Source: Herpetosiphon sp. (GTDB lineage: Bacteria; Chloroflexota; Anaerolineae; Anaerolineales; Villigracilaceae). From it: DNA of 64,000 bases. Position 1 is the stretch's first letter. Each line of letters begins with the position of its first letter. Below the pieces are notes generated by a model. That model saw only the letters and a list, made by a program, of their open reading frames with translations, made no database searches and had not been told where the DNA came from. Below are positions 17,790-27,503 of the stretch, in pieces. Where the stretch lies: positions 43,135-107,134 of the forward strand of contig DYDH01000002.1 in assembly GCA_020717985.1 (NCBI GenBank), given 5' to 3'. The translations under genes and the position numbers were made by a program.

Positions 17790-20700
17790 TTTTGCTCCCT
17801 ATTCGTGTGCCCTGACTTCTTGTACTCTTTTTTTAGCTGTTCAAAAGCAAACTGCCAGGGGTTATCGTATTGACTGATGGCGTTGTGAAACCAGTCTTGT
17901 GCCAGAGGAATGCCGAAAGAATAACGATCACCTTCCATTTTTACTACATCGAAAATAAGTGTCAACTGATTTAAGTTTTCTTCTACGTCATCGTCAAAAC
18001 TATCGGGCAAAGAAAACACAGTGCCTTGCTCTTGGAATTTTGCACGCAGGAAATTCCGAATTTCTATCGATTTTAGTGGGTTAGACGAATTTTGCTCCAG
18101 AGTCAAGAGAATAAGGCGACCCAACCAGGACAGACGCGCCTGTGCTTCGTATGACCTCAACTTAGCAGTTTCGTCACCCCACAAAAAAGCGAAATAAGAA
18201 CCCTGTGCGGTTGTACCGCGCACAAAGTCACTAACAACTGCCCGAATTGTTTCCAGATCAACCTCGTTGGAAGGCGGTTTTGCCGAGGCAAGATATTCAA
18301 TAATCCGTTGCCCTAGCACTTGAATCAGATAAGGCCGCATTGCCGTCTGCTTGAGAAGCATAAGTAGGGGGGCATCGCCTTCCCAAGTTACGTCCACCCG
18401 TTTGCTCAAGGTTTCCACCATGTTTTTTGCTTCTTCCCAAGTCATCTCTTTTAACTCAAAGGCTTTGGTTTGCCCGTAAAATTGTGAACCATAGCGCCCC
18501 TGTTCTGCGCTCAACATCCAAGTACTGGAAATCACCCAGTTCAAACGCTTCTCATTCTGTATTAAAGCGCGCAATTTCCCACCCAGTTTGGTCAAATGCA
18601 GTTGTTCATCCCATTCATCCAGCAAAATTACTAGGTGCAACGCACGATGATTATGATGATTATCGAGAAATTGTTTGACGTGACGTTCAAAGACATGCTG
18701 AGGATCTCTTTCGAATTCGGAATATGCTATCTCTGTATCCAGAGTAGAGCCTGTTGTTTCAAGTATTTTTGTAAAAAGGTCAAAATACCAACCCGGGATA
18801 TCTTTCTCGCTTTCAATGCCATTCAATGTGGTAAATATTGGCTTAACCAGGCGTAATTGCACTTCGTCTTCATTGTCATAACCAAGTTGACGCTGTAATT
18901 CGCCCGGATGAGTCAGTAAATATCCAATTTGGTGAAGAATAGATGTTTTTCCCATCCGACGCGGTCCGCGTAATAGGATGGGTTGAGTCGTTCCATAGAG
19001 AAGAAGCTCAAAAATAGGCTTCAATTCTTCGTACCGCCCAAAAAATTTATCGCCTTCTACTGCCACTCCAGCCTGAAAGGGATTACCTCCACGCGGTCCT
19101 CGTGGTTTCTCGTTTCTACGAATTGCTGATAGAGAGAATTCGAATTGTTCATATTCGTATTCATTGATTTTTGATAGGTTGCTTTTCAAAAGTATTTTAA
19201 GCAAACCATCCTCTTGCGCGCGAATCTGCCATTCCAGATGATGGTCACCAGTATGTGCAGGCAGGTTGGAAAGATATTGAGATGCCTTTTTATCTAAAAT
19301 TTCGTATTGAGGGGATTCATTCAGGGACAGCTCTATATTTCTAGCATCCTTATCACCGATGTTCTGGACTTCGAAAAGCAAACGAGTTGCTTCGCCTAGG
19401 AAAATTTTGCTCGTCTGTAATTGGATGTGTAAGGCAACTTCTTTTTGGAGAGCGCTTTGCAGGCGTTTGAGAGCCTCCACATCTTCTGAACAAAGGTGTC
19501 GCATTACAATAACTTCGTGCGGCAAGGCATACAAACGGCGTTGAATGCCACGATAAATGCTCAGGATTTGTTCGATTTGCTCCGCAGAAGGAGGTGTATG
19601 AATCATACTTTTTTCAATGGAGATTCGTTTTTGATGAGCCTGATACCATTCATCGTAAAACGCCAAAAAGTCTCTGGTCAGCGCTGGCATTGTTTCCTCC
19701 CATGAAACCGGGGCGTTTTGTAAATCACGAATCTGCGTCACTTCAACTTCTGATATCTTTTTCACTGCCAAAACATCGAAAATGAATGCCTCCTGAGTAG
19801 AGACCCTTCCTGACATTTTCCGCTCCAGTTGTTGCAGTTCGTCCCAGCGGTGAGACAAATCTTGTTCCTGATATAGGCCGTACCATGCCCGTAGCGAGCG
19901 GCTTTCCTGGTTTTGACGTATTTTTTCATCGTAGAGAAAGGCTTCGTCTAAAATAGCGTATGCTTGGTCAAGCAAAAGATTAAATCGCCCGCGCCAAACT
20001 GTATTCCAGGGATCTCCTAAGGCTAGTAAGTATGTTCCTTTAAGAGCGACATTGCGAATTTGTTCTCCTGAAAATTGCGCGCTCTTGATGTCGTCATAGT
20101 GGATGAAATCATTGACCAAACTTAAGAAAGTCGCAGAAAGAGAAGATGCTTTACCCACAGCATACAAGATCTTCTCAAGTGGCCAAGGAGGAGGTGAAGT
20201 CAAGGCCTGTATTGATTTTGATAAAGGTTGGATGCAGAAAGGTGTTCCGCTATAGACTTTGCCGATGGCCTCTTGAAGTCTTTGATCTCTATTGACGAGG
20301 TCAATCAGGGTAAAAAATTCTTGTTTGTGTTCAGCGCCAACATAAATTTTAGGCATTTGTTTGACAAAGACTGCATTGCCTGTTTTCAGGAAATTTTCGA
20401 AATCTCCATTAGGAAAGACGGCAACGAGATGTTCTGTATCTGTTTGTACCAGCCATTTTTCCAAAGCAAGCGCATAAGCCTGACGATGAAGCTGGGGTTG
20501 ATTTTGTTTTTCTGCCTGCTCCCCAAAAAACTGAGCCGTTTTGTCAAGCGCATCAATCAACAAGTTTTGTTCTTCGTTTTTCCACAAGATAGGACGCCAC
20601 TCGATGAAATGCGGACATTGCATCAGGCTGGGAATTATTTGTTTGACTTCATCAAATGTCAACAAAAAGGCAACTGACGTAGGGTTGTTTTCGAGATCGT

Positions 20701-21238
20701 CAAGCATTATCCATTTGGGTCGTTTTTCTTCAACGAGAAAAGGCAAAAGATCCGAAGAATCGAGTGCCAGCCCAACACTTCCGACAGGATGGTTCGTTTC
20801 CAGCCAGAAGGGCGCAAGGAGTTCAACAAGTTTAGTTGAAAAACGATTCGGCAGGTTTGCTTCTGAATTTTTTCGGTAAAGCCATAGTGCGAGTTTTCGG
20901 GCGTTTTCTCGATAGTTGTCCAAACGGTTGAGGGTGGCAAATAAATATCGGATGGGATAAAAATTGGGACCCTGAGTCAACAGTAATGGGAACTGGAGAT
21001 TCAAAGGGTCATATCCGATAGCCAGCCCGTTCCAAGTCAAGAAATCTTCATCTTGTAATTCGCTGAGGCCCTTGAATTGCCATTCATTGGGTAGAGAGAA
21101 CAACGGTATTTGGTCAATATAAACAAGCACCCCGCCTTGTCGTTCCTTCCCAGTCAAAATCAATGCCAACCCATCCAGCGGAAGGTTAGAGCAAGTTTGT
21201 TCGATTTGGGCAACTTTTTTAAAAGGTAAATTTCTCAT
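17786..21238 (-). CDS. Large STAND/AAA ATPase with unknown N-terminal region and Ig-like (CARDB-like) domain
   Basis: GGAGG RBS before MRNLPF, VQNIGDKDARNI beta domain, NPFQAG..FFGR, GPRRMGKTS, LLDEWD. Confidence 0.8.
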   Translation of the reverse strand: MRNLPFKKVAQIEQTCSNLPLDGLALILTGKERQGGVLVYIDQIPLFSLPNEWQFKGLSELQDEDFLTWNGLAIGYDPLNLQFPLLLTQGPNFYPIRYLFATLNRLDNYRENARKLALWLYRKNSEANLPNRFSTKLVELLAPFWLETNHPVGSVGLALDSSDLLPFLVEEKRPKWIMLDDLENNPTSVAFLLTFDEVKQIIPSLMQCPHFIEWRPILWKNEEQNLLIDALDKTAQFFGEQAEKQNQPQLHRQAYALALEKWLVQTDTEHLVAVFPNGDFENFLKTGNAVFVKQMPKIYVGAEHKQEFFTLIDLVNRDQRLQEAIGKVYSGTPFCIQPLSKSIQALTSPPPWPLEKILYAVGKASSLSATFLSLVNDFIHYDDIKSAQFSGEQIRNVALKGTYLLALGDPWNTVWRGRFNLLLDQAYAILDEAFLYDEKIRQNQESRSLRAWYGLYQEQDLSHRWDELQQLERKMSGRVSTQEAFIFDVLAVKKISEVEVTQIRDLQNAPVSWEETMPALTRDFLAFYDEWYQAHQKRISIEKSMIHTPPSAEQIEQILSIYRGIQRRLYALPHEVIVMRHLCSEDVEALKRLQSALQKEVALHIQLQTSKIFLGEATRLLFEVQNIGDKDARNIELSLNESPQYEILDKKASQYLSNLPAHTGDHHLEWQIRAQEDGLLKILLKSNLSKINEYEYEQFEFSLSAIRRNEKPRGPRGGNPFQAGVAVEGDKFFGRYEELKPIFELLLYGTTQPILLRGPRRMGKTSILHQIGYLLTHPGELQRQLGYDNEDEVQLRLVKPIFTTLNGIESEKDIPGWYFDLFTKILETTGSTLDTEIAYSEFERDPQHVFERHVKQFLDNHHNHRALHLVILLDEWDEQLHLTKLGGKLRALIQNEKRLNWVISSTWMLSAEQGRYGSQFYGQTKAFELKEMTWEEAKNMVETLSKRVDVTWEGDAPLLMLLKQTAMRPYLIQVLGQRIIEYLASAKPPSNEVDLETIRAVVSDFVRGTTAQGSYFAFLWGDETAKLRSYEAQARLSWLGRLILLTLEQNSSNPLKSIEIRNFLRAKFQEQGTVFSLPDSFDDDVEENLNQLTLIFDVVKMEGDRYSFGIPLAQDWFHNAISQYDNPWQFAFEQLKKEYKKSGHTNREQK

Positions 21239-21251
21239 TTGCACCTCCGGG

Positions 21252-23042
21252 TTAGGATGCAGTGATTTGACGGTCTTGCCAGAGAAGTTGAACAAATGAG
21301 CCAATTAACAGAGACAACCCTGCCCATAGCACGATGATTTTTGGAAAATAGGTTAGAGTCAAGCCATCTGGTCCAAACAGTTGAAAAATAAACGTGTTGT
21401 TCAACAAAACTTTGATAATTATTCCATGCCAGGCTATCAGCGTTTTTCCATTAGCTATTAATGTTTGAAAAGTTTCCCCAAGCGCATTAAGAGGTATCAG
21501 GGATGAAACCAAAGTGGTCAGCCCGACAGCCTCTAATGAGCTGATTGCAAAAATCCTAAAAGTTGTCTGAATCGAACGGTCAATTGCATTGCGTGGCGTT
21601 TTTCGATCTTTTTGTTGATCGTCTTTTGGGTCATCTGAATTCAGTTCGTCAGGCAGTAACCTCATGTTTTTATGTATATCCAGAAAGAGATAAGCCAGCG
21701 AGCCCGTGTATGCAGCAAGCGCCATTAGGAGCCAGTTTCCCCAAGTTATATCTAGGGTGATTTCCCAAACGGTGCTCTCCAAGGCAAGGATGGTAAGACC
21801 AACAACTATGCTGCCAAATAAGCGTGGTAAGAAAAGTTCCAGATAGGAAAATCCCTGCTTTTTGAGAAGGCGCGCTGTAATTGTCCACAGCCCTAATAGC
21901 GAAGAGACGAAGAATGTCGCTAAAAGCGAACCTGAAAAAAGCATAGCGATTGATGCGACGAAAGGAGCAAAAGAGAGTGCGGTGATTGCCACAAGCGGAA
22001 TTATGAAGTACATCGGATATTTATAAAGACGTAAAAGTGCTCTTAAGAGCCAATCCTTTTTATTCTGTTGTATCTTTGTTGTCTGTTCCCATATCAAAAC
22101 GGCCCTGTCTAAAGCGTAGCGATTGAGATAATACTGGGACATCAAGCTGGCGATTGTTTGCATGGCGATGATGTTTTCATGGTTTTCCTGCGCGTCCTCA
22201 ACCAAATCAGCCAAAACGTTCTGTAAAAGCAAAGCGCGTTCTTCATAAGACATCCGATGCACAAAAATCGAATCCAGATATTCCTGTCGTTCGTCCAGGT
22301 TCAAGGTTTCATTTTCGACTATCAAAGCGTAAAAATAAGGCGAGTATTTTTGGGCCAGTCGCCTGACTACGATGAACAAATCCGGTGTATACGCAGTGCC
22401 AGTATCTTGTTGGATGATATCTAAAAAGTGGAGAATGGCTTTGACCAAGGCAGCATAGTTCTTTGTAATAGATAAAGCCAGTTCTGGTTTTTGTTTGCAA
22501 GCCTGATAGACAAATTCTCTCAATAAATCATAATGACTCACCAAATCTGAAATCAACTCACTGGATGGATTGGACTTGTGCGAATCTTCCAAACTGTATC
22601 CCCATTCTTGCTCGTCTCTTTCTCTTTTCGGTAAAAATTCATCGTTGTTTGCATTCAGGAAAAGTAAGTGATAGGGCCATTGACGTGAAAAGGAAACGAT
22701 TTGGACATGGTTTCGGAAAATCTCAAGAACCTGGAATTTCTTTTGAAAAAAAGTATTTTCACGCCCCATCGCCAAGAGAAATTTGCAAAAAGCCACTCGT
22801 TCAAGAATGGCTTCCTTTTTACTAATTCCATCATTCAAATCATCAAGAAATTCACAAGTAAAAAACGAAGCACTATCCGGGAATAAGTTTTTGGGCAAGA
22901 GTTCGGTTAACTTTTTGACAGCCAATCTCCACGCATAAACTGTATTTTCGGGTAACTCAAAACGAACGATGGTCGCATGGACATCATCCAGCCACCATTT
23001 CGCTTCATATCCTTGCACGGTCAGATGCGTTGAGAATTTCAT
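21252..23042 (-). CDS. Hypothetical protein, helical N-terminus plus C-terminal multi-TM domain
   Basis: GAGG RBS before MKFSTH, about six hydrophobic segments in the last ~250 aa. Confidence 0.75.
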   Translation of the reverse strand: MKFSTHLTVQGYEAKWWLDDVHATIVRFELPENTVYAWRLAVKKLTELLPKNLFPDSASFFTCEFLDDLNDGISKKEAILERVAFCKFLLAMGRENTFFQKKFQVLEIFRNHVQIVSFSRQWPYHLLFLNANNDEFLPKRERDEQEWGYSLEDSHKSNPSSELISDLVSHYDLLREFVYQACKQKPELALSITKNYAALVKAILHFLDIIQQDTGTAYTPDLFIVVRRLAQKYSPYFYALIVENETLNLDERQEYLDSIFVHRMSYEERALLLQNVLADLVEDAQENHENIIAMQTIASLMSQYYLNRYALDRAVLIWEQTTKIQQNKKDWLLRALLRLYKYPMYFIIPLVAITALSFAPFVASIAMLFSGSLLATFFVSSLLGLWTITARLLKKQGFSYLELFLPRLFGSIVVGLTILALESTVWEITLDITWGNWLLMALAAYTGSLAYLFLDIHKNMRLLPDELNSDDPKDDQQKDRKTPRNAIDRSIQTTFRIFAISSLEAVGLTTLVSSLIPLNALGETFQTLIANGKTLIAWHGIIIKVLLNNTFIFQLFGPDGLTLTYFPKIIVLWAGLSLLIGSFVQLLWQDRQITAS

Positions 23043-23073
23043 ATTTAACCTCTTCGAATTGGCTGCCTCATTG

Positions 23074-24249
23074 CTAAAAACCGCGGTGCCGCAAGTCCTC
23101 TTTTGTAATCTTAATGACTTGTTCTCCGGGTTCAATAGCCCATGAATTAATTAGTTTTTTCAAAAGCAATGGGATTTCTAATTTATCTTCTTCGATATCA
23201 CGACGCGACCAGCTTTTGAACCAATCAGCAATCAAAACCACACGAAAACGATATTGCCCATTCTCCTCAATTACATATCCACGTTCAGTTAATTCTCGGA
23301 GAGCAGTACGCAATGGAGCGTCAAGTTGATTGAATTCCTCTAGCTTGATTTGCTCTTTATTTGCCAACAACCAAAGAGCTCGACGTTCGTTTTTATCCCA
23401 GTGATGATCATACAGATGTCCGCATGTTTGTTGGCTAATATCTTTAACTGCTTTGATACGTGCATACCCTAGTCGTTGGGGTTCCGTTTCAGGGAATTGC
23501 AGTAAATGAACAAGGATAGACTTGGCATAATAGGGCCATCCGCCAGAAAGGTTTCGTATTTGCTCTATTTCAACTTCCGAAATATTAATAGCGAGACTTC
23601 TAATCAGATTCTCGATGTCTTTAGTTGAAAAATATGGGATGTTTATTGGCTGGCTTTTTGAAACGAGAGGTGATGCCTTGAAGTGCTCTATCTCGCTTGA
23701 CGACCTTACGCTTGTCAGAATGACTTTTATATTTGGTTCTTGAGTGACTAACCGTAATACACAACCTAAAATTTCGCCTCTCGAATTTTCGTCAACTTTT
23801 TCAATGATGATACTATCAATTTCGTCAATACCTACAACCAGCATACGCTGACCAATCTTTTCTTGACGTTCACGCAAAGCATCCCAAAAGGATAAACCTG
23901 GATTGACAGGCAAAATGCTCTTTGGGTCTAATGCGTTATCTAGTTGATGCAAATATTCTTTATAAAAATCATCTGAAGAGTGGATGGATTGCCAGGGCAC
24001 CTCGATGGCAAGATAACCTTCTTGCTCTTTGAATTTATCTATCAACAATTTCAGCATGGAAGTCTTTCCAGAGCGTCGTTCTCCGAACAACCAGATTGCA
24101 CGGCGTGTTTCTGGTGAATGCAGAATTGCCAGCGCTTGTTTTTTTGGTTCGTCCCGGTCAAAAAAGTCCGCAGGGCTTTGGTCATAAGGTTCATCGTGCC
24201 ATACTTCTTCCCCAAATTTGACCATAAGATAAGGCGGAACAGGTTTCAT
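23074..24249 (-). CDS. Stand-alone STAND/AAA ATPase
   Basis: AAGGAG RBS, GERRSGKTS, VVGIDEID, SGGWPYY. Confidence 0.85.
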   Translation of the reverse strand: MKPVPPYLMVKFGEEVWHDEPYDQSPADFFDRDEPKKQALAILHSPETRRAIWLFGERRSGKTSMLKLLIDKFKEQEGYLAIEVPWQSIHSSDDFYKEYLHQLDNALDPKSILPVNPGLSFWDALRERQEKIGQRMLVVGIDEIDSIIIEKVDENSRGEILGCVLRLVTQEPNIKVILTSVRSSSEIEHFKASPLVSKSQPINIPYFSTKDIENLIRSLAINISEVEIEQIRNLSGGWPYYAKSILVHLLQFPETEPQRLGYARIKAVKDISQQTCGHLYDHHWDKNERRALWLLANKEQIKLEEFNQLDAPLRTALRELTERGYVIEENGQYRFRVVLIADWFKSWSRRDIEEDKLEIPLLLKKLINSWAIEPGEQVIKITKEDLRHRGF

Positions 24250-24275
24250 GGTATCTCCTTTATGGATTATCAGAA

Positions 24276-26513
24276 TCATTTAGAAATAATCGTGCCTTGT
24301 TTCAGCAAATAGCCGCGTTTACGCAGAGTTTGCAAATATTGTTGTTCTTGATCTCTTAATGCCAATCGCAAACGATAGACTAAGGCATCTAGACTTTGAT
24401 CAGTGGGAAGGAGTTTCTCATCCTTGCTGTGCAAAAACTCGTATAACTCCTGCCGAGAAACCACCCGATCTACATTGCGCGCCAGATAAAGCAGTGCTTG
24501 ATACTGTAGATCAGACAGCTTGCTTTCGATTTCTTTACCATTCAAATAGACTTTACCACTTGCTTCGTCGATACATATTCCTTCTTTGCTAATAGCTTGA
24601 GAGTTGGATAGAGGAACAAGGTTAAATCTCTCCGCCTCCAAGGAAAATCCCTGCCAGCTTTTCAGCCATTCGCCCAACAATTGCACCCGTAAACGAATGC
24701 CGCCATCAGGCATTCGCAAAAGGTAATGTTTTTCTTCCAGAAGGCTGGCCGCGCTTCGATGGTTACGCCGCCATAGCGTTATTTCTTGACCAGAAATCGA
24801 ATAATCTTTCCATAAAGATAGAGAGACCAAGACATAACGCTCATCATCATTAAAGTGAGTATACAAAGATGAAAAGAGATTAAAGGCGTCTGGCGCTTTT
24901 GCTGTTTTCGAAACCAATTCCTGCCAAGCCGCCTCACTGAGTAAGCTCTCGAGGGATGTATGTTGAACGACATCATATATTTCCGCGGCCAACATTTTGG
25001 CTGCATACGGATGTCCGCCGGACAGCCGGTAGATTGGCTCAAACAAAATATTCATGTTTTCTAAATCAAACGCGAAAAGGTATGCCAACATTGCGTCGCA
25101 ATCTGCACGATCAAAAGGCACTATCTCAATATCTTTATTAGATGGGGGACTTCCAAAAGATGACGGAAAAAATTGTTGTTGGTTTTCAAAACTAGATACA
25201 ACAAAAGCTACTCGTATGTTCATTTGCTCGATGATGTAACGGAGCAATCCAATAATTTGGTTGAATGTCACATCATCGGTAAAATTTTTGATTTTTTGAA
25301 TTTCATCAATAAATACTACGAATCGGTACGTTGTTAGAGAACGTAAGATGTCTGTCAATTCGAAGCCAAACTGTCCGTATCCCTGAAACGAAAAAGTTCT
25401 CCCTTCAAAGACAGATGGATTCACTGCCTGACAAACACCTTGAAAACCGCTCCAAAGTTCTCGGGCAAAATCTGCAACCGTACTCATGCTGGATGGTTCT
25501 ATCGAAAAATGTAAAAATTGAGCATCTGAGTTAGACTCTTTATCCAGCATTGCTTTCACGCGGTTGAGAAATGATGTTTTTCCAGTGCATCGTTCCCCAT
25601 GAACAAAAATCAGAATATCCGAGGTGTTGAGCAATTGATCTCGTACCTTTCGTAACTCATCAGTACGTCCGAAAAAGTTTTTGGAGTCCTTGATTGGTAA
25701 TGGAAATACGCTACGTATTGGGTTAGGTAGTGATGGACTAGGAGAGACATAGAACATTGGTAGATCCCCACTGCCTTCCAAGATAATTGTGGGTTGCTGA
25801 CCATGCGCGCGTAAGTTTGATGCTACGTAATTAAATATCTCCGTGACGCTAATTTGGGCATCATCGTTTTTATCAACGACCAAGTAGTTTCTTAATGCTT
25901 CTAGGAAAAAATAAGTAAAAATACCGTGTTCCTTCTCTGTAGTTTCCAGAGAAGTTTCTTCACGCGCCGACGATGCCAGCATTGCCAAACCTTTCACTCC
26001 CTGAAAGATGCTTTTGGTTTTTTCGCTAAATACTTTACTATCATCGAAGCCCTTTGAACCCAATCGGGCACCCAGGTGGCAGGCATCAAAAATTAATAGT
26101 TTGACAGATGCTCGACTTGCCTCAATAATTTCCCGGACACGGGCAAGCGGGATAGCGGTGTCACTCACATAATCTGATTCTGTATCAGATGGACAAAGAT
26201 AAGGATCCCCAGCAACAAGATCTCCATGTCCAGAAAAATAAAATAGTAGTAAATCGTTCTCAGAAGTATTTTGGGCTACTTGAGACAGTTTTTTTAAAAT
26301 GCTTCGACGCAAGGCTTCATTGGCATTAATGTCAGCACTCAACAGTAAATCAATTTTCCTAGATTTAAAATTGTAGGCCGAATCGAAAAGGGTTTGATGT
26401 AATTCCTGCGCATCGTTTACGGCAAAGCGTAGGCGGTTTATCAATGGGTCATGATAATAATTCACACCTACAAGCAATCCCTGCAAATCGTATGCCAGTC
26501 GTCTGTTGAGCAT
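24276..26513 (-). CDS. Caspase (peptidase C14)-STAND ATPase-OmpR-type winged-helix fusion
   Basis: YFSGHG and IFDACH catalytic dyad; GERCTGKTS, FIDEIQ, SGGHPY; C-terminal VVSRQEL...LVYRLR...TLRKRGY. Confidence 0.9.
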   Translation of the reverse strand: MLNRRLAYDLQGLLVGVNYYHDPLINRLRFAVNDAQELHQTLFDSAYNFKSRKIDLLLSADINANEALRRSILKKLSQVAQNTSENDLLLFYFSGHGDLVAGDPYLCPSDTESDYVSDTAIPLARVREIIEASRASVKLLIFDACHLGARLGSKGFDDSKVFSEKTKSIFQGVKGLAMLASSAREETSLETTEKEHGIFTYFFLEALRNYLVVDKNDDAQISVTEIFNYVASNLRAHGQQPTIILEGSGDLPMFYVSPSPSLPNPIRSVFPLPIKDSKNFFGRTDELRKVRDQLLNTSDILIFVHGERCTGKTSFLNRVKAMLDKESNSDAQFLHFSIEPSSMSTVADFARELWSGFQGVCQAVNPSVFEGRTFSFQGYGQFGFELTDILRSLTTYRFVVFIDEIQKIKNFTDDVTFNQIIGLLRYIIEQMNIRVAFVVSSFENQQQFFPSSFGSPPSNKDIEIVPFDRADCDAMLAYLFAFDLENMNILFEPIYRLSGGHPYAAKMLAAEIYDVVQHTSLESLLSEAAWQELVSKTAKAPDAFNLFSSLYTHFNDDERYVLVSLSLWKDYSISGQEITLWRRNHRSAASLLEEKHYLLRMPDGGIRLRVQLLGEWLKSWQGFSLEAERFNLVPLSNSQAISKEGICIDEASGKVYLNGKEIESKLSDLQYQALLYLARNVDRVVSRQELYEFLHSKDEKLLPTDQSLDALVYRLRLALRDQEQQYLQTLRKRGYLLKQGTIISK

Positions 26514-26921
26514 GTTTGGGCCTCTGGATCGAGTGCTTTTATATTACTTCAGAAAAGCAGAGTTTACATGACAAATAATTGGTTTTTTTATGACGGAAAA
26601 ATGACGCTACAGATATTCAATAGGATTATAGCATCTGCTTCTTGAAATACCTTTGACAAGTATGAAGTAGAAAAAGGTTTAAAAACAGGATGGATCATGC
26701 CCAAACAGCTTGGTAGGTTAATAGACGTTATCGGAAATAACAAATTGATGGGCAAAAGCCCTTGAAAACGGGCGGTTTTCACGCCAAAAACCTTATTACC
26801 GATAACGTCTAATGAAAAAATGGGAACCCATGAGATTAATAGAAAGCGGGTAAACTTAATCGACTTTCCATTCCACATTTTTTGCGCGGGATTTCAGAGT
26901 TAATTGGTAGTGCTATGAGAA

Positions 26922-26951
26922 GGTGACCCAATAGGGATACGAACCCCCGTG
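26922..26951 (-). other. Degenerate tRNA 3' fragment (tRNA-Glu-like), possible relic att site
   Basis: Minus strand CACGGGGGTTCGTATCCCTATTGGGTCACC resembles a T-arm plus acceptor strand. Confidence 0.45.
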
Positions 26952-27404
26952 AGAATCTGAAATGACCATATGCGATAGATTTTAAAGGGATTGATTTTGG
27001 CGTTATAAATTCTTTTTACTACGATTTGAGAGAAATGCAGTCACACATGAGGTGTGCGTCATCATCATTTATAAAGTTCAATCCTGCTATGAAGTTGACC
27101 TTGATCACAGTAGTGTTCTGAGAGAGGAATTAATCAAAAGGGAGAGCTAGAAAAACTGGACAGCAACATCCCGTGAAAAGATTCGGAAGTTTGAAGAGCA
27201 TATTCATTACTTTTCTCTTTGTAATAGTGTTCTATTAGAAAGGTGAAAAACTGATATTCTGGAACATCCCATTTATTTACGACGTTGTCAAGAAGCGGGA
27301 TTTTGATTGAAAAATAATTGTCATTGTGTTATAAGGGCCCAAAAACTGCAAGGCTGCTAAAGAACGGCGACCTGTAGTTGTTAATTTTGCGGTCGACGAT
27401 TGAC

Positions 27405-27431
27405 GCTCATAACCCGAAGGTCGCAGGTTCA
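27405..27431 (+). other. Fragment of initiator tRNA-Met (anticodon loop to T-loop), possible relic att site
   Basis: GCTCATAACCCGAAGGTCGCAGGTTCA; flanks do not complete a cloverleaf. Confidence 0.7.
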
Positions 27432-27445
27432 TACCACCAGTGTTT

Positions 27446-27480
27446 AACATACAAGGCACCATTTTGGTGCCTTGTATGTT
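27446..27480. terminator. Perfect 16-bp inverted repeat, likely terminator of the pilin operon
   Basis: AACATACAAGGCACCA-TTT-TGGTGCCTTGTATGTT just past the stop at 27504. Confidence 0.75.
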
Positions 27481-27503
27481 GTTTGAATAATGTTTTGAGC
27501 TAG

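Noticed and set aside
26588-26878. 96-aa minus-strand ORF upstream of the caspase gene
   Set aside because: No RBS or recognisable motif; more likely AT-rich promoter DNA.
26900-27440. Intact tRNA genes
   Set aside because: Only partial arms are present; no full cloverleaf can be formed.
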